Virus record (IMG/VR): IMGVR_UViG_3300034894_000019
Span: 1-36,958 of that record
DNA: 36,958 nucleotides
Source of the DNA: a virus
Lineage: Duplodnaviria > Caudoviricetes
Strand: one strand, 5' to 3'
This document shows positions 31,764 through 36,958 of this stretch, one piece after another (the stretch's first letter is position 1; every line of letters starts with the position of its first letter). Below the pieces are notes generated by a model, which saw nothing but the letters and a program-made list of their open reading frames with translations, made no database searches and had not been told where the DNA came from. A program made the translations under genes and the position numbers.

Positions 31764-34700
31764 TGGTATTACAGAAACAAGTAATTCCTGTTCCTTTTGT
31801 TAATGGCCTTGATAAGAAGACCGACGAACTCGCAGCTAAAATAAATGGCGGGTTCATCAATCTTGAAAATGTGCGATTGAATACAGTCGGTGCAGCCACT
31901 ACCCGTCCAGGAGTAATAGCACAAACTCTTGATATGCTTGATACGTCGAAAGAGATCGTATCCAGTCAGTCTTTTCTCGAGGGTTTACAAAATAAATATC
32001 TAGTTGGCAAACAACAGACTGTTTCGGGACATGCCGTTGCATCAGACGATGGCAAAAGTATATATCGAATGCTTTCTAGTAGCACTGCTAATCATATCAA
32101 TGTACAAAAGTTGGGAAACTATGAGCCATTAACATTATCAACTCATGTAATTGGTAATCCGAGAGGTGGCCAAGCTTTTATAAGTAGTTACTATTGGGAT
32201 AACATAAAAAACATCAAATCAGCTTATGATCCAACAACAAATAGATATTGTATTGTAGTTTCTAATAAAGGGAGTGGTTTAGGTGAACCAACTGATGTTT
32301 TTGTTATTGACGGTTCTAATTGGAGAATCCTATATCAAAGATTGTGCGGTCCATATGCAACCGATCCACATTTCTGGACTCATACTTGTGATGTTGTTGC
32401 GGTGGATGGTAATTTTCTCATATTGGCATATGAATATGAAAATTTAATTACCAATCAGACGTATATAAACAGATTGGTTGCTTCAACTTTGGTGATGACT
32501 GAAAGCATTGCTACATTCTCTGGAAGTTTCATTCATGTAGGGGCTATGACCTATAGCACCTCGGGTACTTGTGCATGGATTCTAACCGATGGTGCAACAT
32601 TGGATTGTCGAGTATATGACAAGAATGGTTCATATCAGGCAATCATAACTTGTTACACCCATCCTTCTTATGAATATGCCACAGGAGCCTGTTGTAAACG
32701 CGTCTATAATAGTGCAACATCAACATACTATATTTGTGTATTTTGGTTGGAAACATATTCTGGTCATAGTTACCCGTATTATGTATTAATCAATACATCT
32801 GGTACAATAGTTAGAACGGCAACTAATCTTGAGGGTGCTACCTATATAGTTGACAACTATTCTGATGTTGATATAAAAGATCCTTTTTTCGACGTATGCG
32901 AGGACAATTCCTATGATACGACAAAAACAGGAATACATTTTTATATGTCTATGAAAGCGAATGGAGGAAATCTAAATAATGATGGTTATAAAGATTATTT
33001 AGGCGGTAAGACTTACCAGTGGATTGATTATTTCTCAGCATCGGCTCCCATTAACTTAGGGAACAGTATTACAAAATGTCATCCTATTGGGGGTGCCATT
33101 ACATTCCAAAACAAACCAGCTATCATGCTGCTGCATTCAAGTGGTAAGGAGAATGATGGGTATTTTTTACAGAATACCTATCTATTGGCAACTCCATGCA
33201 GCACCACGACATCTCATGTCATTATGAAAATTTTTAATGGTAATGCTGAAGGATTTTATCATCCGACCACACCAGCTCATATACTCAATTTCAATTGCAT
33301 CAGACAGATGCACATTAATACGAATGGAGATTTAGTTTTTTTCGGTACTAATCACGACAACGTTCTCAATGATGTACCGACTTTGACTGTTATTATTGTC
33401 AGCGCGAATACATCGATATTGTCAAATGCTCTCCACAATGGCAAGACGAATTTATGTCACGGACGAGTAGATGTAATAGATGATGTATCATCAATGCCAG
33501 TTGGATTCCCGATTTATCCCGAATCAATAGTAGCCGTAGATATATCAGATGTTGAAATACCTCGCGGCACCGGTGCTCACTTTTACAGTTTTTGTGCAAC
33601 CTATTCCATAATAGATAGCAATGGAGATTTTCACGAATCAGCTCCATCTCCTATAGCTACCTATGCAACTGAACCATTTTTTCTTTATATTAATGGGCCA
33701 TCTCCTTCGTCTAAGTTTTATGATATATATGTTAATTTATATGGTACTGGGCAGGATGGTACTATTTTTTATCTCAATAGTTCGGTACAAGTTACACCAA
33801 CCAAAAATTATGCTACAGGTGGTTTAGCATCATTATTAAAACAATTATATACTATGGGTGGGGAACTTGAAAATATAGATCCTCCCTGCTCTGAAATAAT
33901 GTTCAAGTATCAGAATAGGATTTGTATAGTACCGTTTGAAAATCCGACAGTGATATGGCCGTCTAAAATACAGGTAGATGGTGTCGGTTTGTCTTTTAAT
34001 GACACAATCATAACTGAACCTATATCTCGTCCTATTTTGGCCGGCTGTGAATTGATGGCAAAGATGGTGTTATTCACCGATACATCAATTGTCTATACCT
34101 ATGGTTCTGGATTCGATAATAATGGTAATGGCGCTTGGGCCCCATGGGTTACGATAACTAATGATGTTGGGATAACTAATTATAGAGACATCATACCCTT
34201 TCAAAATGGAGTGATATTCAAAACCAAAAAGGGATGGTACTTGCTCGACAATGGCTTATCGTTATCGAATATTGGCTTGGAGGTTGAACCGTATCGCGGG
34301 TATTCTATGTTATCTAGTTACAACAACAAAACAATGACAGAAATAAATTGCCTCATTACCAATCCTATCGGTAGCCCATCGGCCGATTATGATTACTGTT
34401 CATGTCTTGTCTGGAATCATGTTCTAAACAAATGGTCTCGGGACACCGGCGCTCGATATACAAAAAACAGTTCTCCTGTCGCCAATGTAGCTGATATTAT
34501 ATGTTGGAATGATATTGTTTATAATCTCATCACCAATGGTGGAATAAATAAAGAAGATACTTCATCTTCAAGCGATAATGGTACTGCTGTCAGTGCTGTT
34601 TTAGAAACAGGATGGATTAATTACGGAGGTCTCAAGGGATACGGACGCACATGGTGGATATATCTGACTGGTTATCAGATGTATCATCCGACGATATATG

Positions 34701-34918
34701 TCTATTATGACGGATCATCAACGCCGACTGATACCTTCGCTTTTACCAATACGGATGACAAATTTCGTATTTTTCCAAGTAATCAGACCGCAGATGTCAT
34801 GAAAGTAAAAATAGTGACATCTGGTATCACTATACAAAAATTTCTTGGTTTGGATTTGGAGATCGGTGTGAAACCGGTATTGCGGCGCGCTAGTTATCCG
34901 GCTGCCAATACCAAATAG
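31763..34918 (+). CDS. Tail nozzle/hub (gp10/tail tubular B-like beta-propeller)
   Basis: About 1051 aa; GLDKKTD...LENVR...TRPG N-terminus, LYTMGGELEN, C-terminal LETGWI; podoviral gene position. Confidence 0.8.
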   Translation: MVLQKQVIPVPFVNGLDKKTDELAAKINGGFINLENVRLNTVGAATTRPGVIAQTLDMLDTSKEIVSSQSFLEGLQNKYLVGKQQTVSGHAVASDDGKSIYRMLSSSTANHINVQKLGNYEPLTLSTHVIGNPRGGQAFISSYYWDNIKNIKSAYDPTTNRYCIVVSNKGSGLGEPTDVFVIDGSNWRILYQRLCGPYATDPHFWTHTCDVVAVDGNFLILAYEYENLITNQTYINRLVASTLVMTESIATFSGSFIHVGAMTYSTSGTCAWILTDGATLDCRVYDKNGSYQAIITCYTHPSYEYATGACCKRVYNSATSTYYICVFWLETYSGHSYPYYVLINTSGTIVRTATNLEGATYIVDNYSDVDIKDPFFDVCEDNSYDTTKTGIHFYMSMKANGGNLNNDGYKDYLGGKTYQWIDYFSASAPINLGNSITKCHPIGGAITFQNKPAIMLLHSSGKENDGYFLQNTYLLATPCSTTTSHVIMKIFNGNAEGFYHPTTPAHILNFNCIRQMHINTNGDLVFFGTNHDNVLNDVPTLTVIIVSANTSILSNALHNGKTNLCHGRVDVIDDVSSMPVGFPIYPESIVAVDISDVEIPRGTGAHFYSFCATYSIIDSNGDFHESAPSPIATYATEPFFLYINGPSPSSKFYDIYVNLYGTGQDGTIFYLNSSVQVTPTKNYATGGLASLLKQLYTMGGELENIDPPCSEIMFKYQNRICIVPFENPTVIWPSKIQVDGVGLSFNDTIITEPISRPILAGCELMAKMVLFTDTSIVYTYGSGFDNNGNGAWAPWVTITNDVGITNYRDIIPFQNGVIFKTKKGWYLLDNGLSLSNIGLEVEPYRGYSMLSSYNNKTMTEINCLITNPIGSPSADYDYCSCLVWNHVLNKWSRDTGARYTKNSSPVANVADIICWNDIVYNLITNGGINKEDTSSSSDNGTAVSAVLETGWINYGGLKGYGRTWWIYLTGYQMYHPTIYVYYDGSSTPTDTFAFTNTDDKFRIFPSNQTADVMKVKIVTSGITIQKFLGLDLEIGVKPVLRRASYPAANTK

Positions 34919-34927
34919 GAGAATATC

Positions 34928-35548
34928 ATGGCACGATCAGAGGGGAATTGGTTTACCGGTACGACTGGATTAAGTGATTTCACCCCTACAATGTTAGAAT
35001 TTCGCAGGCCAGAAGATTTTCAATTAAAGCAATATGATTTGTATGCACAAAAAGATCCACTAGCACAACAGGCGCAATCTTTTGGCCAACAATTACAACA
35101 GCAATCTCAGGGAACAATGTTGTCTGAATATGCCCGTAAGAGAAATCTCGATGATTTAATGCGCCAAGTCAGATCACAGGCTGCCACTCAATCAGGAGTA
35201 AATCCAGCTACCGCTGCGAGATTGGCAGGACAGAATATGAGTCAAATGTCTCTTGGTTTCAACCAACAGAATCAAGAACAACGATTACGGGAACAGATGG
35301 CAAATCAACAGTTATATGGGCAATGGCTTGGAGGACAACAAGGAATGCAGCAGGAGGCATCCCGTGCTAACTTACAAGGAATGATGGGTAAATACCAGTT
35401 AGAAGCGGGCCAATACAATCTTATGAATCAACTTAAAATGCAACAGGATCTTGCTAATGCCGGAAATTTGAATTCGGCCGGTTTCATTGGAGGGCTGGCA
35501 GGTGGCATCGGAAGAGTAGCCGGTGCTGCCGCTAGTTATGGGGGTTAA
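34928..35548 (+). CDS. Small ejection/pilot protein (gp7-like position)
   Basis: Gln-rich helical protein with Gly/Ala hydrophobic C-terminus; SD AGGAG. Confidence 0.7.
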   Translation: MARSEGNWFTGTTGLSDFTPTMLEFRRPEDFQLKQYDLYAQKDPLAQQAQSFGQQLQQQSQGTMLSEYARKRNLDDLMRQVRSQAATQSGVNPATAARLAGQNMSQMSLGFNQQNQEQRLREQMANQQLYGQWLGGQQGMQQEASRANLQGMMGKYQLEAGQYNLMNQLKMQQDLANAGNLNSAGFIGGLAGGIGRVAGAAASYGG

Positions 35549-35550
35549 TC

Positions 35551-36958
35551 ATGGGAACCTATGAAGATAACATTGCATTTTCACAGGCGTATCTTGACGA
35601 ACAGGAACGGAAGCGAAGAGAAGAAGAGGCGGCTTTCGGACCATCGATAACAGGTGGTGGTCGCGGTCCTGCTTTTTCGTGGGGCGATCTTGCCCGCAGC
35701 GCCGGGTCGTCAGTCATGTCGGGAATATCTAATGTTCTTTCACCATCGACAGAAATTCAAGAAGCTCGAAGGTTACAACAACCAGAACCTACGCCTGTTC
35801 CACGTGAAACAATTGAGGCGCCAGATGTGACTCCTTCGGTTGTAACTCAACCACCAATGCAACCGGCTGTCGAACGGACCCCGTTAACTGGAGCCACAAC
35901 TGTTACCGGCCAATCCATCGATCCATTGACATCAGATATCAGGACAGTGAGGGCATTGGGAGAAGAAAAACAAAGGAATATAAGCGATTACTATGATACC
36001 TCGGCAAGACTAGCACAGGTACACGCCGACCAAGACGCTGCTATTTCTGAAAAGCAATTTCAGGTAATTAATGCTTACGAACAAAAGGCCGCTGAAACTG
36101 AAAAAATAGAGGCTCAACGATTGAAGGAATCTCAGGATATTGTCAATCAGAGATTGAGCAACTACGACGCTGCGGTCAATGATTTCATGAAGACAAGAGT
36201 TGACCCCTCTCAATTCTGGAAGGATGAAAAAGGTAACACCTCGGTCGGTAAGTCGATCCTTGCCATGATTGGGATTGTCTTATCTGAGTTCGGTAATGCT
36301 TTGCCGGAAAAAATGGGAGGGACCGGCGGTCGCGGGCGAAATATGGCACTCGACATTATAAATCAAGCAGTTGATCGTAATATCTCGTCCCAGCGCGACC
36401 TCATCATGCAAAAGGGCCAGAAGGCCGGCATGGTCATGAACAGTTACAACATGGCTCGTCAGCATTTCTCTGACGAGACAAGCGCCGTTGCTGCGGCGCG
36501 CGCGGCCGAGTTCGCCAAATTCCAATCCGCGCTCGGTAAGATTGCCCTGGAGGCCAAGAGCCCAAATGAACGAGAGAATGCCAAACTTACCGCCGAATTA
36601 ATAGGCGGACAAAGAAATATGGAGCTCGACAAAGTAAAAAATGAACAGTTTGGCATGGAATTGGCGATGAAACGACAATCTCAAGCATCGAGACAGGCAG
36701 CAAGGGAAAAACAAGAGAAAGAAATCAAAGAACTTTATTCGAAAACGATACCTGGAACAATGCTCGATCCCAATGCTCCTTTACCGAGCAATGATACTCT
36801 AAAAGAAGATCTGGCAGTATCGAGAAACATGAAGCAAGCCATGAATACTTTCAATGAATTCAAACGAGAAGTGTTAGAAAAAGGAGCTGAATTCAATACC
36901 TCCAAAAAAGCTATCGGCACTGGGAATGCTCTCAATCAGGCTCTCTATAATCTCATGA
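35551..36958 (+). CDS. Ejection/internal virion protein (gp20-like position); continues across the junction to 321
   Basis: Manually translated with no stop from ATG 35551 (MGTYEDNIAFSQAY...VDPSQFW...NMALDIINQAVDRNI). Absent from the ORF track because the stop lies beyond the window end. Confidence 0.85.
   Translation, partial: MGTYEDNIAFSQAYLDEQERKRREEEAAFGPSITGGGRGPAFSWGDLARSAGSSVMSGISNVLSPSTEIQEARRLQQPEPTPVPRETIEAPDVTPSVVTQPPMQPAVERTPLTGATTVTGQSIDPLTSDIRTVRALGEEKQRNISDYYDTSARLAQVHADQDAAISEKQFQVINAYEQKAAETEKIEAQRLKESQDIVNQRLSNYDAAVNDFMKTRVDPSQFWKDEKGNTSVGKSILAMIGIVLSEFGNALPEKMGGTGGRGRNMALDIINQAVDRNISSQRDLIMQKGQKAGMVMNSYNMARQHFSDETSAVAAARAAEFAKFQSALGKIALEAKSPNERENAKLTAELIGGQRNMELDKVKNEQFGMELAMKRQSQASRQAAREKQEKEIKELYSKTIPGTMLDPNAPLPSNDTLKEDLAVSRNMKQAMNTFNEFKREVLEKGAEFNTSKKAIGTGNALNQALYNLM
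36832..36958. repeat. Terminal direct repeat (copy 2)
   Basis: Identical to 1-127. Confidence 0.95.

Noticed and set aside
515-36935. Minus-strand ORFs throughout the track
   Set aside because: They lie antisense to well-supported, tightly tiled + strand genes and show no motifs or RBSs that I can recognise.

Overview
This window is a complete, circularly assembled tailed-phage genome of about 36.83 kb. Positions 1-127 repeat exactly at 36832-36958, most likely an assembler k-mer overlap. All credible genes are on the + strand. The late module follows P22/Mx8-type podovirus order: TerS, GNAT-like protein, TerL, portal, scaffold, major capsid, two paralogous decoration-like proteins, adaptor, nozzle, and three ejection proteins (one spans the contig junction). 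A block of signal-peptide, membrane and tailspike genes follows. The early region (~7.9-22 kb) has many small ORFs: an RHH regulator, an SSAP-like protein, Lar, a RuvC-like resolvase, an M23 peptidase, an AT-hook/zinc-finger protein, and a DUF6745-like protein with a 42-unit QSL[R/G/D] repeat plus its RQGD partner. It also encodes a DnaB-N/RepA-type helicase/HTH fusion followed by an iteron-rich origin. I found no integrase, CI-type repressor, primase or polymerase. The most interesting unexplained signals are non-coding: (i) a capsid-gene leader with four CAG(A/U)-loop hairpins and a mutually exclusive anti-Shine-Dalgarno helix; (ii) a replication-operon leader whose 5' end is complementary to its own terminator loop; (iii) promoter-proximal three-way-junction and C-rich-loop RNAs. 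Several protein motifs suggest a Myxococcota/deltaproteobacterial host. All calls come from reading motifs and gene order by eye; no searches were run.
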